Below are positions 37,597 to 46,167 of a DNA stretch of 64,000 nt, in pieces. Source of the DNA: an uncultured Candidatus Saccharibacteria bacterium. GTDB taxonomy: Bacteria; Patescibacteriota; Minisyncoccia; Phycocordibacterales; CSBR16-119. The notes under the pieces were generated by a model, which saw nothing but the letters and a program-made list of their open reading frames with translations, did not search any database and had not been told where the DNA came from. The stretch lies in the NCBI GenBank assembly GCA_964557535.1, contig CAZLAD010000002.1:21560-85559 (forward strand), given 5' to 3'. How positions within the stretch are numbered: the stretch's first letter is position 1; each line of letters begins with the position of its first letter. The position numbers and the translations under genes were made by a program.

Positions 37597-38037
37597 TTAC
37601 AACGACGCCAAGCTCGTCACGAAAAGCACTACCAGCCCCCACCAGCCGAGGAATGAAATTACGAAGCTTGCTATTATTTTGTGCTGAAGGCTCGTTGTGA
37701 GGAGCTCACGGGACTTGCCATCTTTCTCCCTTTGGATAAGCGCGGGGCTCACGACAAACGAAAGAAAACATCCATTTACGATGAGTATAGCGATGACGAC
37801 GAGACGACTTGCGAGTTCCCCCTCGACGAAAACTCCCTGTTTCGACAGGAGAATATGTCCCACAAACACAAGTAGTGTCCCAACCCAAATCAGTGGCTTG
37901 GTAATTTTATGCGTACGAATAGTTGCCTCCGTCCAGTACGAAGACGTGCGGCCGAAAAATCCGTGCAGATCGATAACCGTGACCGCGCCAAGTCCGATGA
38001 CAAATCCTGCGATAGTGAGAAAAAGTGCGATGAACAT
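37597..38037 (-). CDS. Integral membrane protein (4 TM)
   Basis: Hydrophobic helices. Confidence 0.4.
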   Translation of the reverse strand: MFIALFLTIAGFVIGLGAVTVIDLHGFFGRTSSYWTEATIRTHKITKPLIWVGTLLVFVGHILLSKQGVFVEGELASRLVVIAILIVNGCFLSFVVSPALIQREKDGKSRELLTTSLQHKIIASFVISFLGWWGLVVLFVTSLASL

Positions 38038-38038
38038 A

Positions 38039-38458
38039 TTATTTGAAATTTAGATACGTAATCGTGAGTTGAAGGACCGTTGCGAAAATAACCCAAAGCA
38101 GATACGGAATATTGATAAGAGCAATCCATTTCGCGTATGGATATATGGCAATCATCGCCCAGATGAGCGTCGCAAGGACGAGAATGATGTCTCCAGCTGC
38201 GAGGAGATTGTTCTTCAGTCCAAATTGAATCGGCGTAAAAAGTAAATTAAAAACGAGATTAAGAATAAATGGCAAAGCAACAATGAACGGAATCTGGCGC
38301 CCGAAAAGCATCATAAAAACTTTTCCAAATGAAATGGCGATGAGGATGTAAAGCACAGACCACACCGGACCAAAGAGCCACGACGGCGGAGCCCAGTCGG
38401 GCCTTATGAGCGTCTGATACCATTCATAAGAATTTTTCATACTTAAATCATGCACCAA
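38039..38458 (-). CDS. tspO: TspO/MBR family tryptophan-rich sensory protein
   Basis: LIRPDWAPPSWLFGPVWSVLYILIA is the TspO signature. 5 TM. Confidence 0.7.
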   Translation of the reverse strand: MVHDLSMKNSYEWYQTLIRPDWAPPSWLFGPVWSVLYILIAISFGKVFMMLFGRQIPFIVALPFILNLVFNLLFTPIQFGLKNNLLAAGDIILVLATLIWAMIAIYPYAKWIALINIPYLLWVIFATVLQLTITYLNFK

Positions 38459-38484
38459 GTCCTAATTTTTTACAACCCGAATCT

Positions 38485-39966
38485 TTATACCGACTTCTTG
38501 TCGAGATCGAGAGTTTCGTCGATACGGATTTGCTTTACGAATTCTGGAACGTGAGAAACGAGAATCATCGCGCCTTGGAATTCATCGAGCGCTTTGGCAA
38601 TGACCGGCAAATGTCGAAAGTTTATATGATTCGTCGGCTCGTCGAGAATGAGGAGTCCGGGTCGTTCGAGCACGAGCCGTGCAAATGCTACGAGTCCTTT
38701 CTGACCTTCGGACAAAGATCCGATTTTGGTTTTGATCATGTCGCCGGTAAGCAGAAATCCAGCCGCGGTTGCACGCAACCGTTCTTCGTTTAGGGGCATG
38801 TTCGCTATAGCCATACCATCACGCAGAGATTCGTAAATCGTTTGATTAAAATCAAGCGTCGAAAAATCTTGGCGATAGTAGCCAATGCGAACTTCTGGCG
38901 CAATTTTTACTCCCTCGGCCGTTCCACGGGCCAAATTCTCAAGAAGCGTCGACTTCCCTATTCCGTTTGGACCCGCGAGAAGAAGATGATTATTTTTCTT
39001 TAATTTTATGTTTACTTTTTTCTTTGTCGGTTTGTGATTTTTCAAAACGGTAACAGATTCGAAAGTAACCAAATCACCAATCAGATCACCCTGATATGGA
39101 ATAGTAAAATTCTTGATTGTTTTGTCTTCGCGTCGTACATCCACCAACTCTTCTTCGAGATCGGCCGCGAGGTCACGCATACGTTTCGCGACCGCACGCA
39201 AATTACCGCCTTTATGAGCAAAGACGTTAGCTTGATCCTTCTTGGCCTGGATGATTTTACCCAGTCGTGCGTTTTTGATATTTTCTTTTTCGACGCGCGC
39301 AGTAATGTCTTTGATCACATCGAAATAGTTTCCGACGTAGCGCTCAATTTTTCGCGTGAAAACGTCGAGATATAGCACGCCGTCAGTAAACGAATTCAAA
39401 AAGTCGGCGTCGTGAGAGATGACCAGACAAGTTTTTTGATAATTGATAAGAAAATCTGTAAGGTGTGCGATGCCGGCTTTGTCCAAATTATTCGTCGGCT
39501 CGTCGAGAAGAAGTATGTCTGGTTCTTGGATTAAAGCCGAGGCGAGAAGTATGCGTGCCTGCTGACCACCAGAAAAACTTCGAATGACGCGGTCGTGAAC
39601 TTTTTCATGACCTTTCAAGTGAACAATTTCTAGAACTTCATCGATGCGCGGATCAATGTCGTAAACCTTTGCTTTGAAATAACTTTGAAAAAATTCTCGC
39701 ACGGTCATGTCCATCTTCTCGCGCGGAATAACTTGTTTGGCGATGGCGATAGTAACTCCCCGCACAACGTGGATATCGCCAGAGTTCGGCTCGTGCTCGC
39801 CAGTAATGAGCCCAAAAAGTGTAGATTTACCCGCGCCGTTTTGACCCATAATAGTGAGCTTCATGCCCGAGCGCACCGAAAAAGACACCTCGTCGAGGAT
39901 CGGCTTCAAGGGATTGTATTCAAATGTGACTCCTTCGAATCGGAGAATCGTTTCGTCTTTGGACAC
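38485..39966 (-). CDS. ABC-F family ATPase (two tandem ABC domains, no TMD)
   Basis: Two Walker A motifs (GQNGAGKST, GPNGIGKST) and two LSGG signatures. Confidence 0.8.
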   Translation of the reverse strand: MSKDETILRFEGVTFEYNPLKPILDEVSFSVRSGMKLTIMGQNGAGKSTLFGLITGEHEPNSGDIHVVRGVTIAIAKQVIPREKMDMTVREFFQSYFKAKVYDIDPRIDEVLEIVHLKGHEKVHDRVIRSFSGGQQARILLASALIQEPDILLLDEPTNNLDKAGIAHLTDFLINYQKTCLVISHDADFLNSFTDGVLYLDVFTRKIERYVGNYFDVIKDITARVEKENIKNARLGKIIQAKKDQANVFAHKGGNLRAVAKRMRDLAADLEEELVDVRREDKTIKNFTIPYQGDLIGDLVTFESVTVLKNHKPTKKKVNIKLKKNNHLLLAGPNGIGKSTLLENLARGTAEGVKIAPEVRIGYYRQDFSTLDFNQTIYESLRDGMAIANMPLNEERLRATAAGFLLTGDMIKTKIGSLSEGQKGLVAFARLVLERPGLLILDEPTNHINFRHLPVIAKALDEFQGAMILVSHVPEFVKQIRIDETLDLDKKSV

Positions 39967-40284
39967 GTTCTAGAAGATTACTTTATTTTATATAAAAATG
40001 AAACCCCAAAATGGTTGAAGCCCGCCTTACGGGACGGGCTTCTCAACCGGATCGTGAGCTATAGCTACCACGACAGACCGAAGTCCGTACGACATCACGC
40101 TCATAACTCAAGCGACCCCAGTATAAAGGTCTAGCGTCCCCCAAGAAAACCCGATTTCTTTTCACCAACCGGCCAAGCATGTGGGACGATTACCTTTGAT
40201 AAATATTCTACACTCTCTTTATAATTTTACAATACAAACGAAGAAGCCCCCGCGCGGGGGGCTCTCGGGACCAGATCGGTCTTT

Positions 40285-40608
40285 CTAATGATGCCAACGA
40301 GGTAGTCCATCCTTTGAATGTGCACGCTCCCACTCTTCTGGGGTCATGTCATTTATGAGCCAAACCAGCCTCTTACGGCCATCAATCCTCCGATAGCCAT
40401 GCTTTATCTGGTCGGCCCCAGGAACATGGTATTTGTCCATGAATTCTTTGAGGGTGAGTCCTTCGACAGGATCCCGTTCCGCCAAGGGCTGATTCAGAAA
40501 GTCTTCGGCGGTTTGAAGGCCGTTTGCTCTTGCGTGACGATCGGCATCTTTCTCCCAGGCACTCTGGCCGATTGGAGGCATCTTGGGTCTTATGTTCTCA
40601 ATTCTCAT
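40285..40608 (-). CDS. GC-rich hypothetical protein
   Basis: ORF followed by the GC hairpin gaagcccccgcgcggggggctc. Confidence 0.35.
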   Translation of the reverse strand: MRIENIRPKMPPIGQSAWEKDADRHARANGLQTAEDFLNQPLAERDPVEGLTLKEFMDKYHVPGADQIKHGYRRIDGRKRLVWLINDMTPEEWERAHSKDGLPRWHH

Positions 40609-40651
40609 GGTGGCGGGTTTTGCTAAAAATTATAACACTGGTTTTATTATA

Positions 40652-41161
40652 CTACAAACGACGCGTATCGTACGCCCAGTGTAAAAGCGCCTGACGCTGA
40701 CGCGGACGACAAGCGAGATCTCCTACTCGGCAATTATGCGATATCTGGGCCAGATGGCGACGCATGGCATTCCAACGTTTTATCTGACGAGTGTCTTCAT
40801 CAGGAATTCTGCGACCCATGTAATAGCGACAATACCATTGAAACCACCCCCGCGGATCTTCGTGGTAAATCCAACCTTTGGCTCGCCAGACGGACAGCGG
40901 TTGGCTTGCATTTATTTTGAAATAATTTATTTTCGCATCACGAGCACCTTTGGCAAATTTGGCAAGCGTAAACCACGACTTTGGAAACTCTTTGCCACAA
41001 TCACGCATGTACACCCCGCCAAAAACTCCAATAGCAAGCATTTCGGCTGGCGTCAAATCTGGACGAAAATCGGGATGAAAATTTCTACCAACGGGAGCAG
41101 ACAAAACATATTCGTATTTTTTCTGCATTTTGTCGTTTACGACAACTTTCTTTTTGGGCAT
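40652..41161 (-). CDS. GC-rich hypothetical protein with a Trp-rich motif (RGWFQWYCRYYMGRR)
   Basis: ORF; family not recognised. Confidence 0.4.
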   Translation of the reverse strand: MPKKKVVVNDKMQKKYEYVLSAPVGRNFHPDFRPDLTPAEMLAIGVFGGVYMRDCGKEFPKSWFTLAKFAKGARDAKINYFKINASQPLSVWRAKGWIYHEDPRGWFQWYCRYYMGRRIPDEDTRQIKRWNAMRRHLAQISHNCRVGDLACRPRQRQALLHWAYDTRRL

Positions 41162-41164
41162 ATC

Positions 41165-41377
41165 TTAGAGCTTACCGAGTTCTTTCAAGTCTTTGTCGGG
41201 AAAGTATAGAATGAAGATTCCGACAATTATCCCAGCAATAGCGGTAATGAAATGATCGCCGTTTAAAAGACGATGGTCAACAATATCTAGCAAGTGCCAC
41301 ACTCCCCGCCAAATCAAAACGATGGCCACGCCAACAAGGAAACTATCTACTAAGTTCTTTGCTTTTTTTGATGTCAT
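41165..41377 (-). CDS. Small 2-TM membrane protein
   Basis: Hydrophobic helices. Confidence 0.35.
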   Translation of the reverse strand: MTSKKAKNLVDSFLVGVAIVLIWRGVWHLLDIVDHRLLNGDHFITAIAGIIVGIFILYFPDKDLKELGKL

Positions 41378-41410
41378 GATGAGAAAATTATAACATGATT
41401 GTATAAAAGA

Positions 41411-41734
41411 CTATTTTATTTCTTTCCATTGCCGAGTTTTTTCGTCATATTCTGCAAGATTTTCTGACCAAAAAGGCATATCGTTTTTGTAATGAATCGC
41501 ATGAACAACGGTCACCGACGAAGAAATTTTATTAGGAAATTCTCCTCTTCTTGTGTATTGATATTCAATGAAACGCCCTTCTTCCAAGTCTTTTTTTGCT
41601 TCATAAAAATAAAGTCCTTTTTCGTCAGAAAGCTCTCTAGTAAAAACGGCGCCTTCGGCAAAGCGGTTCATAACTTCTAAAACCTGTTCTCTGGTGAGTA
41701 TTCTCTCGGGACTTGCTTCCATAAATTCTTTCAT
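41411..41734 (-). CDS. Hypothetical protein
   Basis: ORF. Confidence 0.4.
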   Translation of the reverse strand: MKEFMEASPERILTREQVLEVMNRFAEGAVFTRELSDEKGLYFYEAKKDLEEGRFIEYQYTRRGEFPNKISSSVTVVHAIHYKNDMPFWSENLAEYDEKTRQWKEIK

Positions 41735-41830
41735 AGCTTTATTCTATCACTTCCTTGATTTTAATTCCCATAATAGTGACAATTACGAACTTCTTCTCTC
41801 AAATATTTTAGGACTATGTTTCTTTAGAAT

Positions 41831-42052
41831 TTGGATTATAATAAAAGTATGCAAAAAATTACAACAAAATTGTTTATTATCGCTTCTGTCGCTTTCGGCA
41901 TCGCCGGAATCCTCCTCATCCTGACGACCGAAGGACCGGATGGCACAACGGCTTATAACATGATTCTAACCAAAATCATGATGACGTCAGTCTTCGTCCT
42001 CCTACCCTCTTTTGCGCTAAGTGTCGCGAGTAAATATCTAAACACTAAATAA
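41831..42052 (+). CDS. Small 2-TM membrane protein
   Basis: Hydrophobic helices. Confidence 0.35.
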   Translation: MDYNKSMQKITTKLFIIASVAFGIAGILLILTTEGPDGTTAYNMILTKIMMTSVFVLLPSFALSVASKYLNTK

Positions 42053-42680
42053 AATCGGTCTTTAGATAATCGCGCAATTTTGAAACAGAATCGACAATAG
42101 CCACGAGGTTTTCGTGCGGTTCACGGTTGAAATAAGCATGATCGTGAATCCCCCATGTCACGGCAATCGTCGGCACGTTTTCGTGATCGGCCTCGCGAAT
42201 ATCACCCAAGGTGTCGGTGATGAAAATCATATCTTTTGAATCAACACTATACTTTTCTTTAATCATTTTGAATTTCTCAGTTTTCTTGATCGAAACTTCT
42301 TTGGTTCCGAGAAAATCAAAAAGATCGAGTATTCCGTGGCGTTCCAAAACAGGAAAACAAGTTGTTTTACCCGCAGAAGTATTGAGACACAGGGTTTGCC
42401 CGGAAGCGAAAAGATCTTTTACGAGTTCCGCAATCCCATCAAATAAGACACACTCTTTTTTGTCTTTTATGTACTTGTTTAAGCGGGCTTCTTTTTCTTC
42501 GGGGGTTTCGATTTTTTTAAAATCAGTCAGCTTGGCAGATTCTTCGATAAAATTACCGCACAGCGTTTCGCGGTACAGTTCTTCCCCGGCATTTGGGTGG
42601 ACATTATAAAAATCCTCGACTGTCAATTTATTCGAGTCCACCAAGACTCCATCAAGATCGAAAATTATGATTTTAGACAT
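42045..42680 (-). CDS. HAD-superfamily hydrolase
   Basis: KIIIFDLDGVLVDS is HAD motif I with the nucleophile Asp. Confidence 0.7.
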   Translation of the reverse strand: MSKIIIFDLDGVLVDSNKLTVEDFYNVHPNAGEELYRETLCGNFIEESAKLTDFKKIETPEEKEARLNKYIKDKKECVLFDGIAELVKDLFASGQTLCLNTSAGKTTCFPVLERHGILDLFDFLGTKEVSIKKTEKFKMIKEKYSVDSKDMIFITDTLGDIREADHENVPTIAVTWGIHDHAYFNREPHENLVAIVDSVSKLRDYLKTDFI

Positions 42681-42822
42681 GGGCTGGCCTGTTCGGTCTC
42701 GGAAGTTTTAAAACGTTACCCCACAAGGCTTTCCAGGTAACTTTCATTCTACCATTTCGACCCTCTTCGGACAGCTCTAAAACGAGACAAACGAGACACT
42801 TTTTCGCTTCGATTTTTATCTA

Positions 42823-43230
42823 TTGACGAGCATGATAATGAATGATATTATGCCAACAAAATACCCTGAAATGAAAGCACTAAAGCTCTCGTCTGTATGG
42901 GATTGGACCTTGTCGGCCACTCTGTACGTTCTCTTCTTGCTCCTACTCGGTAAGATCGTCGACATCTTCTCACCCGTCACAACCATGTTCTTCGTACTGA
43001 TCGGTACGGGATACGGTTTGATGAGTGGATGGCTCAGAGCGATCATTACCATTTCGGGTATCGCCATGTACATCCTGTCGTGGGTGGCATTGTGGAACTG
43101 GAATTGGAGTCCGAACGAAGCGATGTTGCTATGCGGAGCCGGCATCCTCACCTGGATCGCCGCCGTCTTTTCTCCAGCAGCATCACATATCTTGCCGCTG
43201 ATTTTCGCGGCAAGACAACGTCCCTTGTGA
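42823..43230 (+). CDS. GC-rich 4-TM membrane protein (an alternative minus-strand ORF overlaps it)
   Basis: Hydrophobic helices on the + strand. Terminator hairpin at 43245-43280. Confidence 0.35.
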   Translation: MTSMIMNDIMPTKYPEMKALKLSSVWDWTLSATLYVLFLLLLGKIVDIFSPVTTMFFVLIGTGYGLMSGWLRAIITISGIAMYILSWVALWNWNWSPNEAMLLCGAGILTWIAAVFSPAASHILPLIFAARQRPL

Positions 43231-43505
43231 CGTAGACCACTTATGTGGAACGAAGCCCTTAGCGAAAGCGGGGCTTCTTCTTTTTCTCTAATTAAATCTT
43301 TATCCACACCCCTCATTCGTTGACATTATTCCGTACCGATATACATTTAGTTTATAAGATATTTCATAGATAAATAGTTTCTAAGTAAAGCGTTGTAAGC
43401 ACTTACAGTGACAAGTAAGGGTTTGGCCCAAGCGTGGATAACCAAGAGTGTTGGCTAAAGGCGACAATATCTTAGGTTTTAGGAACTAACGCCTATCTAC
43501 GAAGT

Positions 43506-44816
43506 ATGAAAACTAATATTGAGGTTGTTTATGTTCGCACGGATCTACTTTCTGCTGCGGAATATAATCCACGCACGTGGGACTCAGAAGCCAAGAAGCA
43601 TTTAACAGAGAGTATTAATAAATTTGGTGTTGTTGATCCGCTCATCGTGAACGGTGCAACGAATCGAAAGAATATTGTTATCGGTGGGCACTTTCGTCTT
43701 GAAGTGTTAAAAGAACTTGGGCATGCCGAAGTTCCTGTCGTGTATCTAAACATACCCGACATAAACAAAGAGAAGGAACTAAATATTCGTCTCAATAAAA
43801 ACCAGGGAGAATTTGATCTCGATCTTCTAACATCTTTCGACGAAGGCTTATTAGCCGATATTGGTTTTTCAAGTGAAGAGCTTGATGATATTTTCCTTGA
43901 TGACATTGAAGAAGATGAGTTTGATCTAAAGAAAGCACTTGAGAGACTAGATATACAAAAAATTTCGGTAAAACCAGGAGATGTATACGAGATAGACGGC
44001 TCGCGTCTTATGTGTGGTGACTCGACAATAGAGTCTGACATGAAAAAGCTTGTGGGGAATGAAAAAGCCGACATGGTAATGACAGATCCACCATATATTC
44101 TCGACTACCTAACAAAACCAAACCAAGGAGGTTTTGGCGCAAATCAGAATAGAAAATATCTTGGAACCGACAGCTTGCCTCCAAACTTCACGGAGCTTTG
44201 GATGAGTAATGTTGCCGGGGCAGCCCAAAAGGATTTCTCTATTATCGTTTACGAGAATTGGAAGAATATTAGAACCATCTGGAATGAAATGGAGAAACAT
44301 TGGCGCGTCCGAAATATGATCGTTTGGCATGCCGCCAATAGAAGCCAGGGATATGCCGGCAAACACAAGTTCTTCAACAAGCACGACATCGCGATTGTTG
44401 GTACGACGCCAGGAAAAGATGTATCCAGCGAACAAGAAGATGCTCTTATCGAAAATGAATATGAGACGGCACTATTTGCAATTTCTGGAAGTCCTCATTG
44501 GGAGAAATATGAGAAAGGTAATCCATACTGTCCAACCGATTTCATCTCTCACAATGTAGCAACTGAAAAATCTTCTGGCCAAGGGGTTGTCTTTGGAACA
44601 AAACCAATCGAACTCTTGATTCCGTATATCAAGGTGCTGACCAAGCGTAATCAGTTGGTCCTGGAACCATTTGGCGGAAGCGGATCAACCCTCATCGCCT
44701 CCATTAAGATTAGTCGTCGATGCTTTACCATGGAGAAATCTCCCGTCTATTCTGAAGTCATCCTTACACGGTGGGAAAAATTAACTGGTAAGAAAAGAGT
44801 AAAAATAAATGCATAA
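43506..44816 (+). CDS. ParB-like nuclease domain fused to an N6A/N4C DNA methyltransferase (circularly permuted motifs: DPPY before FGGSG)
   Basis: N-terminal ParB/Srx fold (VDPLIVNG...GGHFRLEVLKELG), then MVMTDPPY (motif IV) and EPFGGSGSTLIAS (motif I). Confidence 0.75.
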   Translation: MKTNIEVVYVRTDLLSAAEYNPRTWDSEAKKHLTESINKFGVVDPLIVNGATNRKNIVIGGHFRLEVLKELGHAEVPVVYLNIPDINKEKELNIRLNKNQGEFDLDLLTSFDEGLLADIGFSSEELDDIFLDDIEEDEFDLKKALERLDIQKISVKPGDVYEIDGSRLMCGDSTIESDMKKLVGNEKADMVMTDPPYILDYLTKPNQGGFGANQNRKYLGTDSLPPNFTELWMSNVAGAAQKDFSIIVYENWKNIRTIWNEMEKHWRVRNMIVWHAANRSQGYAGKHKFFNKHDIAIVGTTPGKDVSSEQEDALIENEYETALFAISGSPHWEKYEKGNPYCPTDFISHNVATEKSSGQGVVFGTKPIELLIPYIKVLTKRNQLVLEPFGGSGSTLIASIKISRRCFTMEKSPVYSEVILTRWEKLTGKKRVKINA

Positions 44817-45264
44817 CAATGATATTAGAAAACAATTTATTGAAACTCTCGAAGAAGTCCCTTTCGTTAAATATGCTGCCAAGAAGGTCGGTATCAATCG
44901 TACGACTATATATCGATGGATGCAGGAAGACCCAAGATTCAGAATTCAAGTAGAAAAGTCTTTGGGTGAGGGCCGTAAATTACTTATCGAAGACGCGGAG
45001 TATCAATTACTAAAAAAGATTAGAAAAGATGGCAACCAAAGAGCCATAGAGTTTTTCCTAAAACATAATAATAAGAAGTATTATCCAAGAAAAACGATGG
45101 AGGTATATCCATTGGCTGAAGACCAGTATCAGATGTCGTTTGAAGAACACGCGGCTATCGAGTTGTGGTCAGAGAAGTTTGTTGAGCTATCTCCTATGTG
45201 GCGACGAATCTTCTCTGACATGGAAAAGAAGCTAGGAAACCCCGACGAAGACCGATCCTTATAA
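44809..45264 (+). CDS. HTH DNA-binding protein (terminase-small-subunit-like or regulator)
   Basis: VGINRTTIYRWMQ helix-turn-helix. Overlaps the upstream gene by 8 nt. Confidence 0.5.
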   Translation: MHNNDIRKQFIETLEEVPFVKYAAKKVGINRTTIYRWMQEDPRFRIQVEKSLGEGRKLLIEDAEYQLLKKIRKDGNQRAIEFFLKHNNKKYYPRKTMEVYPLAEDQYQMSFEEHAAIELWSEKFVELSPMWRRIFSDMEKKLGNPDEDRSL

Positions 45265-45276
45265 GGAGGAAGATGA

Positions 45277-45882
45277 TTAGTCGATTTGCACTAAGGTGTT
45301 GCAAGCCGTATCGTAACCATCACTCTCATTCTTCAAGAATTCACAGAGATTGCCACTATCGAAGTTCGACCAAGCGATCTTTTCATAGGTCGCTTTGTCG
45401 ATTGTATATACCAAGATCACTTTGTTTTCTGCATTCCCATATTTATCTGTCGTGTCGCCGTAGTACCAAACCAAGACATCGTACGCTTCTGGATGAGAAG
45501 AATATATTTCTTGGAATGTTTTGGCGGATAGCTCTCCTGTATTTCGGTATAAGGAATCTTTGTTGTAGAACGAAGAAAGAGAATATTTAACCGTGATCAT
45601 TTTCGTGTCGACAGGACGATCTGGGTCAGATTTCTCTATGTCCATTCCTACATAGGAAGCATGTGCAAGCGGAATGTCTTTAACAATCGCTTTTAGTCTA
45701 TCTTCTGGCGTTAGTGATTGTGCTGGAACATTTGTTGCAACAGTTTGTTCTGTTTTCTTGCCATCACCAGATCCGGCGATGACGAAAAGAAAAATAATAA
45801 AGACTACAATTCCAGTAATTACTGGGTGGCGTTTGATCCAGGACTTGGTTGTCTTAGGATCCATCATTGGGTGTTTATCCAT
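45277..45882 (-). CDS. N-terminally membrane-anchored extracytoplasmic protein, hypothetical
   Basis: TM helix VITGIVVFIIFLFVIAGSG, then a ~160-aa domain. Confidence 0.45.
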   Translation of the reverse strand: MDKHPMMDPKTTKSWIKRHPVITGIVVFIIFLFVIAGSGDGKKTEQTVATNVPAQSLTPEDRLKAIVKDIPLAHASYVGMDIEKSDPDRPVDTKMITVKYSLSSFYNKDSLYRNTGELSAKTFQEIYSSHPEAYDVLVWYYGDTTDKYGNAENKVILVYTIDKATYEKIAWSNFDSGNLCEFLKNESDGYDTACNTLVQID

Positions 45883-46167
45883 ATGTTATTACTAATTAAT
45901 AAATCCCGATGATGGATACAAAAAGCCCACCACGGGTAGGGCCCGAAAGCCCTCATACGAGTTTCCTCGTATGGCCAATCAGACAACCCCATGATGGGTT
46001 CTTTATGTCTGATTGGACTTTTTCACCATGCCCAGTAAGGGGTTTAGGCTACTTTATTTATTCGATTGTTCGACCATAATACCAAATAATAGGCATTACG
46101 CCCACCACCATAGCAGATTCCAGGATTTTGCGAAGGGGGTTACCAACAAGTTTAGATCTAAATTTTT

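Noticed and set aside
42816-43316. Minus-strand ORF 42816-43316 (166 aa)
   Set aside because: It fully overlaps the + strand membrane-protein ORF. The + strand product has clear TM helices and a downstream hairpin terminator, so it was preferred. The choice remains uncertain.
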